Source: Candidatus Nanopelagicales bacterium (GTDB lineage Bacteria; Actinomycetota; Actinomycetes; S36-B12). Taken from it: a stretch of 40,763 nt of DNA. The notes beneath the pieces were generated by a model. The model ran no database searches. It was given only the letters and a program-made list of their open reading frames with translations, and had not been told where the DNA came from. The translations under genes were made by a program, and so were the position numbers. Below are positions 28,410 through 36,731 of this stretch, in pieces. The stretch's first letter is position 1. Each line of letters opens with the position of its first letter. The DNA lies in NCBI GenBank assembly GCA_044233495.1, contig JBIIJX010000003.1, forward strand, positions 1-40,763, read 5' to 3'.

Positions 28410-28480
28410 GGGACGAGTGAGCCAAAAATCCCGGAAACGCACCTACCTTGCTCGTTTGTCCCACGTCGCGGGAGAAACGA
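28410..28480. repeat. Composite palindromic element, right flank of the nuclease gene
   Basis: GGGACGAGTGAGCCAA-N21-CTTGCTCGTTTGTCCC-ACGTCGC-GGGAGAAACGA. Confidence 0.85.
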
Positions 28481-28487
28481 CGAGAGG

Positions 28488-29792
28488 TCAGGTCAGGCGG
28501 GCGAAACCCGACTGAGCCGGCCCGTCGGGCAGAACCGCAGCAAGGCCAGCGTCATCGAGGGAGGCGAGCTCGGCATAGATCGGGGCCAGGGCCGCGAGGT
28601 AGCGCTCAGTGAGCTCAGGAGTGTGCGCGATCGAGGCGTAGAACACCGGACCGCCGAGGAACCCGGCCTGCAGGAGCCGAGTGGTGAGGAAGGTCTTCGC
28701 CAGCAGCGGGTCGCGTCCGTCGACGCTGTAGGTCGACAGTGCCGGCAATTCACCCATGGTGAGCGTCAGGCCGGCGTCCGCGGCGAGGCGGCGCCAGTGC
28801 GCCTGCATGTGCTCGCCGATCACGTGCACCCTCGCTGGTGCGTCCTCCTCCTGCATCACGTCGAGGGTGGCGAGGGCCGCCGTGGGGCCGATGCGCTCCG
28901 TCCAGAAGGTGCTGGAGATGAAGGTCGACTGCGCGGCCTGCATGACCTCCTCGCGGCCGATCACGGCGGTGATCGCGTAGCCGTTGCCGAGGGTCTTGCC
29001 GAACGTGGCGAGGTCTGGCTCGATCCCGTAGTGCAGGTGCAGGCCACCGAGCGTGCGACGGAAGCCCGATGTGCACTCGTCGAAGATCAGCACGGCCCCG
29101 TGCTTGGTTGCGAGCTCACGAACACCCTCGAGAAAGCCCGGTGCGGGCGGCGTGCTGCGCTGCACCTCCATGTAGATGGCACCGACCTGAGAATCACTCT
29201 CGAGGATCGAGCGCAGGGCGTCGAGGTCGTTGTAGCGGAACGGGATCGCGCTGCCCGCAAGAACCCGCGGCACGCCCTTGGGCTCCAGGCCCGGCAGTAG
29301 GTGACCGTCGAGGGAGTCGTCGGCACCGAGGTTCGCGGCGAGGTACCAGTCGTGCCAGCCGTGATACCCGCAGAACGCGACCTTGTCGCGGCCCGAGGCC
29401 GCTCGGGCGATGCGCACCGCGATCGCGCAGATCTCGCCGCCACTTCGGGCGTAGCGGACCATGTCGGCCCATGGGTGCAGCTCGACGAGCCGATCGGCGA
29501 GCCACACCTCCTCAGGGGCGTTCAACGTCGAGAGGTTTCCCTTGGCAACCGTGCGCTGCACGGCCTCGTCAACCTTCGGATGGGAGTAGCCGAGGATGTT
29601 CGTGCCGATCCCCATGAAGCCGAAGTCGAGGTATTCGACTCCGTCGAGATCCCAGATGCTGACGCCGCTCGTGCGGTCGAAGTAGGCGGGCCAGCCAGCG
29701 GGCAGCTGCAGCTCCGCGCGCTTGCTCAGCAGCATCGACCCCCCCGGTATCCGCTGCTTGGCGTGCTTCCAGAGTTCGGCGCCGGTGCTCAT
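28488..29792 (-). CDS. Class-III PLP aminotransferase (GSA-aminomutase-like, glycan-cluster type)
   Basis: IPGGSMLLSKR, ARSGGE, CGYHGWHDW, IFDECTSGFR, DLATFGKTLGNG, SSTFWTER; ATGA overlap with the upstream gene. Confidence 0.88.
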   Translation of the reverse strand: MSTGAELWKHAKQRIPGGSMLLSKRAELQLPAGWPAYFDRTSGVSIWDLDGVEYLDFGFMGIGTNILGYSHPKVDEAVQRTVAKGNLSTLNAPEEVWLADRLVELHPWADMVRYARSGGEICAIAVRIARAASGRDKVAFCGYHGWHDWYLAANLGADDSLDGHLLPGLEPKGVPRVLAGSAIPFRYNDLDALRSILESDSQVGAIYMEVQRSTPPAPGFLEGVRELATKHGAVLIFDECTSGFRRTLGGLHLHYGIEPDLATFGKTLGNGYAITAVIGREEVMQAAQSTFISSTFWTERIGPTAALATLDVMQEEDAPARVHVIGEHMQAHWRRLAADAGLTLTMGELPALSTYSVDGRDPLLAKTFLTTRLLQAGFLGGPVFYASIAHTPELTERYLAALAPIYAELASLDDAGLAAVLPDGPAQSGFARLT

Positions 29793-31642
29793 GCGCCCCG
29801 GCCCTTCCAGCGCCTCAACGGCGCCGTCACCTTCCACGATCGTGTGTTGCTCATGAAGTCGAGTTCCTGGCGCAGTGCCTCAGCCGCGGACCTGTGCGCG
29901 ATCACCTCGGCCCGGAGGTCGTCCGCATTCAGCACGACGAAGGAACGGATGCCGAGGAATCCCTCGATGGAGTCGTGCGCATCAACGACGGTGAGCGACA
30001 CCTGCGCCGGCTCACCCGCCCTGCCGTCGCCGAGGGGCAGGGAGATCACCGAGCCCAAGTAGACGTCCTGGCGCACCGGACCTCCAGGACCGACAGCCTC
30101 GATGGTGGCAACGCCCGGCATCGAGCGGGTGGAGACCAGAAGGGTGAGCGGTCCGTCGACCGGACGCCGCACGCGGAAGTCGACCCGACGACCGGGGCGG
30201 ATCTCGTTGCCCCACACCTGCGGTGCGCCGAAGGTGCCGATCACCGCCGCGTCCACGATCTCGTGGTCGCGCTCACCCCGTGGCTGGCGCAGCATCGGGG
30301 TGAGGCCCTCGGACTGCAGGTGTGCCATGAACTGGTCGGCATGCCCGCCGTCGGGCGCGGGCTGGCCCACGGCCAGCATGTACTCGCGGCCGAGCTCGAT
30401 GTCGGGGATCACGGGTTCCCTGCCTTCCGCTGCGACGGCCGCAGCAACCTCCTGGCCGATGATGCCAGCCACCGAGGCCCAGGTGATGCCGTCACTCGTG
30501 TCGCCCGCGATGGCCTGCTCAGCCAGACGCCGGGCCTGCGGGTCGAGAGCCCGCGCGCGGAGCACCCGCACGAGGTCGTCGACGTCATCGGTGCGGAAGT
30601 AGGCCGCCAGATCGCGACCTGCCTCCGGCAGGGAGGAGTTGTGGGCGACCACGGGCAGTCTGCCGAAGGCAAGGCTCTCGCTGACGGGAAGCCCCCAGCC
30701 TTCGTACCGGGATGGGTAGACCGTGAAGTCGGCATGGGCGTAGAAGCGCGCGAGGTCGGCGTCGGGGACGCTGCTGGTGAGCACGCTCACCCGGCCACCC
30801 AGCCCGTTCGTCGTGATGTACTCGCGCAGGAACTCGTCGGCGTGCCAGCCGAGCCGGCCGATGCACACGAGATCGGGAAATTCGTCGGCACCGTCGTCCA
30901 TGAGCCGCTGCCACGCGCGCAGGGCGAGGATGTGGTTCTTTCGTGATTCAACGGTGCCGACGAAGAGCGCGTAGGGCCGCGGCCACGGCGACTCGCCGAG
31001 ATCGAATCTCTCCGGGGTGAGCCCGCACGGCAGTCCCGTGGCAGCACCACCCGGCGCCCGCCAGCCTCGTTGAGCGCAGTACTGCTCGTAGTCACGTCGA
31101 CTGGACTCCGATATCGCCGGGATACGGCTCGCGGTCTGGGTGATCAGGCCGAGGTAGCGGTCGAACAGCTTGTTGACGGCTGCGGTGTGGCCGGTCTCGA
31201 GCACCGGTGTGAGGTCGTACAGCAGGTAGACACACCGCGCGCCCTGCGCGTGCGCATCACGCGCGGCGAGCATCAGGGCGTCGTTGATCCACACCGCACC
31301 GAGGAAGACCATGACGGATTCAGCGGTGATCACGATCGGGGTGGCCGCGTGCGCGCGAGCGAGGCACGCATCCGCCGCTTGGGCGAGGGAATCCCGACTC
31401 AGGGTCGACGTCGACTGCACACCCTGCCGCAGGAGCACCTGCGCCTCGGACTCCGACAGGCCCACGAAGACGCCCCGGGGCCGGTCGAGCACGACGGGCG
31501 TGATCCCGGGGTCGGCGGTCATGAGCAGCGGTGCCGTCTCGGCGATGACGCGCTGCACACCCGACACCGACTCCTGACGCTGCAGAAATTCGACGAGGTC
31601 GGTGACGTCGAGAAGGACGGTCTCGGAGCGGGTCGACGGCAC
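29789..31642 (-). CDS. GT4 glycosyltransferase with C-terminal domain and SWKVTAPLR tail
   Basis: LLDVTDL, SGVQRV, VGTVESRKNH, YPSRYEGWGLPVSESL; TACCCT-N6-GTG start. Confidence 0.85.
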   Translation of the reverse strand: MPSTRSETVLLDVTDLVEFLQRQESVSGVQRVIAETAPLLMTADPGITPVVLDRPRGVFVGLSESEAQVLLRQGVQSTSTLSRDSLAQAADACLARAHAATPIVITAESVMVFLGAVWINDALMLAARDAHAQGARCVYLLYDLTPVLETGHTAAVNKLFDRYLGLITQTASRIPAISESSRRDYEQYCAQRGWRAPGGAATGLPCGLTPERFDLGESPWPRPYALFVGTVESRKNHILALRAWQRLMDDGADEFPDLVCIGRLGWHADEFLREYITTNGLGGRVSVLTSSVPDADLARFYAHADFTVYPSRYEGWGLPVSESLAFGRLPVVAHNSSLPEAGRDLAAYFRTDDVDDLVRVLRARALDPQARRLAEQAIAGDTSDGITWASVAGIIGQEVAAAVAAEGREPVIPDIELGREYMLAVGQPAPDGGHADQFMAHLQSEGLTPMLRQPRGERDHEIVDAAVIGTFGAPQVWGNEIRPGRRVDFRVRRPVDGPLTLLVSTRSMPGVATIEAVGPGGPVRQDVYLGSVISLPLGDGRAGEPAQVSLTVVDAHDSIEGFLGIRSFVVLNADDLRAEVIAHRSAAEALRQELDFMSNTRSWKVTAPLRRWKGRGA

Positions 31643-31662
31643 GACTACAGGGTAGAGGTCAC

Positions 31663-32940
31663 CTACCGGGACGGGGTGAACCCGACAGGAACCTTCTCCT
31701 CGAACGGCGAGTACCACACCCACGTTGGGGAGAGGACCAAGAGTTCCTTGCCACCATCGAGGCCGACCACGATGTAGCCATTGGGCAACTGGGCAAGACT
31801 GCGAGCCCTAGCCCCGATGTAGAGGCCCTCGTATCCGCGTACGGCACCCTTCGAGACGATCATCCGGTACAGCCAGCGGGCACCCAGACCAGCGACGATG
31901 ACGTTCGCCGTGGCCTTGCCGCCCTGAGTGCCCCACCAACGATCGAAGGCCGGGCCCTGAACCTGCATCATGGTCGAGAGCCCAACTGAGGGAGTCCAAT
32001 CGAACAGCGGCTCGTCGTACCCGCGCAGCGTGCCTTCCACATCGGGACGATCGGGAGCATCCTCCGAGACGTAGGACGTCCCGTAGGAACGATGGGGCCA
32101 TCCGTAGTTCGCACCCTTGCGGGCGACATAGAACTGATCACCCCCACGGGGACCCTGGCTGGTGCCCAGGAGTTCACGCTTTCCATCAACACGACCGGCG
32201 ACAAGCCCCTGCGGGTTGCGCACTCCCTCGGTCCACACCTCGTAGGTGCCGGGAGCGGCGATGCGAACGACCGTGGACAGCAAGGCGCGTGCCTGCTTGC
32301 TCATCTTGAGGTCATAGGGCTTGGCGATCCGGAAGTCCCCTACTCCCAGGAAGAACTCAGGCTTGGCCGGGTTCGCCCGCATGTCCTTCGGTGCCAGCGC
32401 CATACGCCCACCGGACTGGGCGAGGATGTACGGACTTTCCACAGGTCGGGGGAAGCACGGGGAGCTGAACCAGATGCGTCCGAGTGAGTGGGCACCGGCA
32501 CCAGAGGAGTCAACCGTCGCCTCGCGCAGGACCAGGCGATTGCATCGGGTCTGCTCCTCGACATATGAGTACGAGACGAATACGGGAACAGCCGAGGATG
32601 TCGCCTTCCACTCTGGGAAGTACTGGAAGTCCAGAACACGGGCACCCGCGGGCAGCGCCAGAGATCCCAGCGACCTGGAGGTCCGTTGGATGACGTCCGT
32701 GACGGCCACCTCGAAGTCCCAGTCGAGCGAGAGGACCGACGTGGCATCGAGCGTCGTCACGTAGGGCGTGCCGACAGCGGTAGGCACCTTGGTGACATCC
32801 ACGTTGTAGAAGTGCGTGTCCACCATGGCTGGGATGGCGTAGTCGGTCTCGGTCTCGTAGGCCGCGTAGGCGGGAGATGCCGAGAGAGTGACGAACATGG
32901 CCAGCGCCCCCACACCGGCAAGTACGTGGCGCGTATGCAC
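31663..32940 (-). CDS. Secreted glucose/sorbosone-dehydrogenase-like (PQQ-type) beta-propeller
   Basis: Signal peptide (AYA); GGRM, GVRNPQGL, GPRGGD, GANYGWP, WTPSVG. Confidence 0.7.
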   Translation of the reverse strand: MHTRHVLAGVGALAMFVTLSASPAYAAYETETDYAIPAMVDTHFYNVDVTKVPTAVGTPYVTTLDATSVLSLDWDFEVAVTDVIQRTSRSLGSLALPAGARVLDFQYFPEWKATSSAVPVFVSYSYVEEQTRCNRLVLREATVDSSGAGAHSLGRIWFSSPCFPRPVESPYILAQSGGRMALAPKDMRANPAKPEFFLGVGDFRIAKPYDLKMSKQARALLSTVVRIAAPGTYEVWTEGVRNPQGLVAGRVDGKRELLGTSQGPRGGDQFYVARKGANYGWPHRSYGTSYVSEDAPDRPDVEGTLRGYDEPLFDWTPSVGLSTMMQVQGPAFDRWWGTQGGKATANVIVAGLGARWLYRMIVSKGAVRGYEGLYIGARARSLAQLPNGYIVVGLDGGKELLVLSPTWVWYSPFEEKVPVGFTPSR

Positions 32941-33020
32941 GGACTGCCCCTGACTTCAGAATCGAGAATAGGTGAGCACACTAGCGGTCACGTCCGGAGT
33001 CAGGTCGGTAGCGTGGCGGG

Positions 33021-34739
33021 GTGAGCGCCCTGAGTCCCACCAGCCGATGGCACACGTGGCGCGATGGGGTCGTGATCCTCGCCATCAGTGCGCTCATCGC
33101 CCGGTTCTCCGGCGCCGAGCGCTGGACCGGCTTCAACTCCCCCGACTCGGAGTTCTACGCCTCGCTGGCCCTCTTCGGCGACGAGGTCACCTCGCGGTCT
33201 GAGCCCGCCTACACCTGGACACGCCTAGGCTACATCGCGCCGGTGCGCTTCCTCGTCACCACCGTCGATCCGTGGCTGGGGTTCGAGATCTGGCGGATAC
33301 TGCTGCTGGTCGTGATCGTGGGCTCGGTCTATGCACTGGTTCGCATGCAGTCCACCTGGCAGTGGGCGACGCTCATGGGGGCCTTCGCCGGTCTGAACAC
33401 CATGGTGCTGAGCTTCGCCGGCAACTCCTACCTCACTGGCACGGTCATGGCAGGAGTGCTGCTGCTGGTGCTGCTGGGTGCCTGGCCGGTGGTCGGCTCG
33501 CCGAAGTGGCCGTGGCTGACGGTGCTGCTGTCGGGCATGGTCGCCGCCTGGCTGGTGATGACGAATCCGTACGGACTCCTGCTGGGGCTGGCGATCTGGA
33601 TCCCGCTGCGGATCATGCGGCTCGTGGTCGACGGCGTCGGCCGGTGGCGGCACCTGCTGCTGGATGTCGTCATCGCGGCGACCGGGTTCGCCGCGGTGTT
33701 CGTCATGTTCCTCATCGCCGGGTTCGCGATCTTCAATGGCCGCAACTGGTTCGACACGTATCTGACGTGGAACGCGCAGCTCGACTACTCCTCGTTCATC
33801 GGCGATGCCACCACGTGGCAGCGTGACATAGCCCTGCTCGTGCCGCTGGTGGCGGTGGTGATCGCCGTCATCGTCGTCGTGACCACACGCGGCTCTCGCG
33901 GGGCGACCGCCGCACTCATCGTGTCGAGCCTGAGCATCGCCTTCACCGTCGTCTACTACGTGCTCGTCCCCGGACCATGGCTGGAGGCGCCGACGTATGT
34001 GGCGAAGCTCTGGCCAGGTGCGCTGGCTGCGCTGGCACTGGGCTTCGGCGCGATGGTCGGCCGCCGCGGCCTCGGCTGGCCCGGGTTCATCCTCGGACTG
34101 GCGTTCATTCCCCTGATCGTCTGGAGCGGTCACTGGTCGACGGACGTGCCGTACCCGATCGGCGTCCTGATCGCACTGCTCGTCACCGTCCTCGCTCTCG
34201 TCGCTGCCGTGGCCTTGCGCAGGAGCCGTGTCGTAGCGGGGGGCCTCGCTGCAGCACTGGCCCTCGGGTCCCTGGCCGTGGGCGCCCAGATCCTGCAGAA
34301 CGGCCGCGGGCTCCTCGGCACCTACGGGCAGTTCCCGTTCCGGGCCGCCTACGAGGACTTCAGCAACGAGATGCTCATGCGCTCCAAGGTGGCCGCAGAG
34401 GAGTTCGTGCTCGCCAACACCACCCGTGGCGAGAAGGTCATGATCTGGACGGATCCCGATCGCCTCACTGCCGGTATCGCCGGGATGCAGCTGTGGGGCT
34501 GGTACAACAACGTGCCCGAGGAGGCCGTCCTGTCACCGAATGGGGTGAACACCCTCTCGGAGGCCCGACCGGCTGCGATCGTCATGTATGCGCCGCAGCG
34601 GGCCCAGATCGACGCGTTCTACGCCTCATTGCCGCCATGGTCGCAGCCCTCGCCTCCGTCGTGCACCACGGTGCCCTTCCTCGGCATCGGCTCGCCCGAG
34701 GCGCATGTGTGCGTGACGAACCTGCAATGGGTCGACTGA
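33021..34739 (+). CDS. Polytopic membrane protein, putative GT-C glycosyltransferase
   Basis: About 13 TM helices, first loop NSPDSEFY, soluble C-terminal domain; TAGCGT-N6-GTG start. Confidence 0.55.
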   Translation: MSALSPTSRWHTWRDGVVILAISALIARFSGAERWTGFNSPDSEFYASLALFGDEVTSRSEPAYTWTRLGYIAPVRFLVTTVDPWLGFEIWRILLLVVIVGSVYALVRMQSTWQWATLMGAFAGLNTMVLSFAGNSYLTGTVMAGVLLLVLLGAWPVVGSPKWPWLTVLLSGMVAAWLVMTNPYGLLLGLAIWIPLRIMRLVVDGVGRWRHLLLDVVIAATGFAAVFVMFLIAGFAIFNGRNWFDTYLTWNAQLDYSSFIGDATTWQRDIALLVPLVAVVIAVIVVVTTRGSRGATAALIVSSLSIAFTVVYYVLVPGPWLEAPTYVAKLWPGALAALALGFGAMVGRRGLGWPGFILGLAFIPLIVWSGHWSTDVPYPIGVLIALLVTVLALVAAVALRRSRVVAGGLAAALALGSLAVGAQILQNGRGLLGTYGQFPFRAAYEDFSNEMLMRSKVAAEEFVLANTTRGEKVMIWTDPDRLTAGIAGMQLWGWYNNVPEEAVLSPNGVNTLSEARPAAIVMYAPQRAQIDAFYASLPPWSQPSPPSCTTVPFLGIGSPEAHVCVTNLQWVD

Positions 34740-35576
34740 CTACATCAGGGTGCGCAGCAGGCGGCTCCCCGCGAACTCCGCGGACGTGCTCGGGGTGGCG
34801 TAGCGACTCAGACCCTGCAGGTCGCGAATCCGGCTCATCGTGCTGCCGGCCGACGCCAGTCCGGTCCGCAGCCGCTGCACGGCACTGCGCGCCTGGTGTC
34901 CCCGATCCAGGCCCACCTCCTGCTCAGGTGAGACCCGGTAGTCGATGACGGCATCGACGTCGACGCGCAGCGACCCCCGAGCCGCCGCGACGAGGCTCCA
35001 CCACCGGTCGTGCAGCCAGCCCGGCGGGATCTCGACGTCCGCGAAGGCCTCCGGCCGCACCGCGCTGGCCCCGCCGGTGGCGACACTTCGTCGGATGACT
35101 GTGCGCACCTGCAGCGCCGGAGACATCTCGTTGAAATCCGCCGGAACGGGGAACGCCGTGCGCAGCGATCCGGGAACCGGTGCGCCGTCGACGTCGACGA
35201 GCCGGCCATCAGAGGCCAGCAGCTCGATGTCACGCCACACATCGAGCACCTCGACCTGATGGGCAATTCGTTGCGGGTGCCAGACGTCGTCATGGTCTCC
35301 GAGCACCGCGATTCCGCAGTCGCGCACCTCCTGCAGTCCCTGACGGAAGTTCGCGGCGATGCGCGAGGTTTTGTCCGTCGACCGCGCCCGGGACGCCACA
35401 ACACGCGCGCGCTGACCCAGCACCCGGTCGATGACGGCGCCAGTGCCGTCGCTTGAGGCGTCGTCGACGATGACGATCTCGTCGGCCGGGCGGGCCTGGT
35501 CGCGCACGCTGGCCAGCGTCTGCTCGAGCCACCGCTCGGAGTTCGACGTCACGAGCACGGCCGCCACGCGGGTCAA
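34740..35576 (-). CDS. Family 2 glycosyltransferase
   Basis: VDDASSDGT, LGDHDDVWHP, ATGG, WLHDRW; TTGA overlap and AAGGAAGG RBS. Confidence 0.85.
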   Translation of the reverse strand: MTRVAAVLVTSNSERWLEQTLASVRDQARPADEIVIVDDASSDGTGAVIDRVLGQRARVVASRARSTDKTSRIAANFRQGLQEVRDCGIAVLGDHDDVWHPQRIAHQVEVLDVWRDIELLASDGRLVDVDGAPVPGSLRTAFPVPADFNEMSPALQVRTVIRRSVATGGASAVRPEAFADVEIPPGWLHDRWWSLVAAARGSLRVDVDAVIDYRVSPEQEVGLDRGHQARSAVQRLRTGLASAGSTMSRIRDLQGLSRYATPSTSAEFAGSRLLRTLM

Positions 35577-36691
35577 CGCCGGGCCTTCCTTCGTCGTGCG
35601 GCGAGGCGCTGGATCAGGGCCTCGTAGTCGTCCGTGACCTGCTCCCACTGGTAGGCCTCGAGAATGCGCTGGCGTCCAGCGGTCGCGAAGGCGCCCAGCT
35701 CCGAGGTGAACTCGCCGTCGCCGATCGCGTCGAGGAAGTGCGTGAGCATCGGCGCATCGCGCCAGAACAGGGCTTGGTCGGCGGTGACCTCGTGGCTGAA
35801 CTCCACGTCATAGGCAAGGACCGGAGCACCGGCCCCCATGGCCCGCAGCAGGGAGGGATTCGTGCCCCCGACGGAGTGGCCGTGGATGTAGGTGATGCAG
35901 TTCGCGTAGAGCTGGTCGAGCACCTGCTGGTCGTAGATCCCCCCGGTGAAGCGGACCCGGGGATCGTTGCGTGCAGCGCTGTGGACCTTGTCGACGTACC
36001 ACTGCGAGTAGGGGGCGCTGCCGACGACGACGAGCGGGCGCGTCTCACGGCTCGCGCAGTAGGCATGAACGGCATCGAGCACGTGGTTCTCCGGCTCGAA
36101 GCGGGCGACGATGAGGTGGTAGCCGTGCGGGGCGAGATCCAGTTCGGACAGTCGGTCAAGGCCCGGATCGATGACCTCGGCGCCGTAGGGGATGACGGTG
36201 CAGGTGCGCCCGTACGTGCGTCGCACGTGGTCGGCGATCGCCTGGGCGTCGGCGATCACTTCATCGCCCCACTTGACCGAAGCCCGCTCCGCCCAGCGGT
36301 AGTACTTCGCCCCGGTGCCGCGCCACTTCTCGCGCCTGGACTCCAGGCCGTCGAGGTGAATGGCAGTCGGGATGCCCGCGAGCCTGAGCGGCTGCAGGAG
36401 CGGGGCGTTGCCGGCGTTGAGGAGCAGGACGACATCGGGGTGATCGCGCACGATCGCGTGCGCGGTACTGGCGGTGGTGTGGCTGAGCGTCTCCGCCATG
36501 CGGTGCCGCAGCGCCGGGGCATTCACCAGTCGCATGCCCTCGAACTCGGTGATCGTCTGTCCAGGGTTGCGGCAGTACACCGTGACGTCGTAGCCGCGAG
36601 CTGCCAGGCGCTTGCCGATCTCCTCGACCGCCGTCTCGAAGCCGCCGTACGACGCAGGCACCCCGCGGGTACCCATCAAGGCGACCTTCAC
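35573..36691 (-). CDS. GT4 rhamnosyltransferase-like (DUF1972, RgpA/Cps2T-type)
   Basis: GTRGVPASYGGFET, DGLE...KW, ARFEPENH, HGHSVGGTNPSLL. Confidence 0.88.
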   Translation of the reverse strand: MKVALMGTRGVPASYGGFETAVEEIGKRLAARGYDVTVYCRNPGQTITEFEGMRLVNAPALRHRMAETLSHTTASTAHAIVRDHPDVVLLLNAGNAPLLQPLRLAGIPTAIHLDGLESRREKWRGTGAKYYRWAERASVKWGDEVIADAQAIADHVRRTYGRTCTVIPYGAEVIDPGLDRLSELDLAPHGYHLIVARFEPENHVLDAVHAYCASRETRPLVVVGSAPYSQWYVDKVHSAARNDPRVRFTGGIYDQQVLDQLYANCITYIHGHSVGGTNPSLLRAMGAGAPVLAYDVEFSHEVTADQALFWRDAPMLTHFLDAIGDGEFTSELGAFATAGRQRILEAYQWEQVTDDYEALIQRLAARRRKARR

Positions 36692-36697
36692 ATCGCA

Positions 36698-36724
36698 ACC
36701 GTACCGACTGCCGGCTGATAGCCT
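36698..36724. promoter_or_regulatory. Back-to-back leaderless -10 boxes
   Basis: TACGGT-N6-GTG (-, 36703-36698) and TAGCCT-N7-GTG (+, 36719-36724). Confidence 0.6.
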
Positions 36725-36731
36725 CCGCGAC

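Noticed and set aside
15050-28480. The 16-bp repeats with 21-nt variable spacers read as a mini-CRISPR
   Set aside because: The arms are inverted rather than direct, each locus has only one spacer, and no cas genes are present.
28488-29792. hemL (heme biosynthesis)
   Set aside because: Its motifs (LLSKR, YHGWHDW, SSTFWTER) and coupling to a GT fit the glycan-cluster subfamily; no hem genes are nearby.
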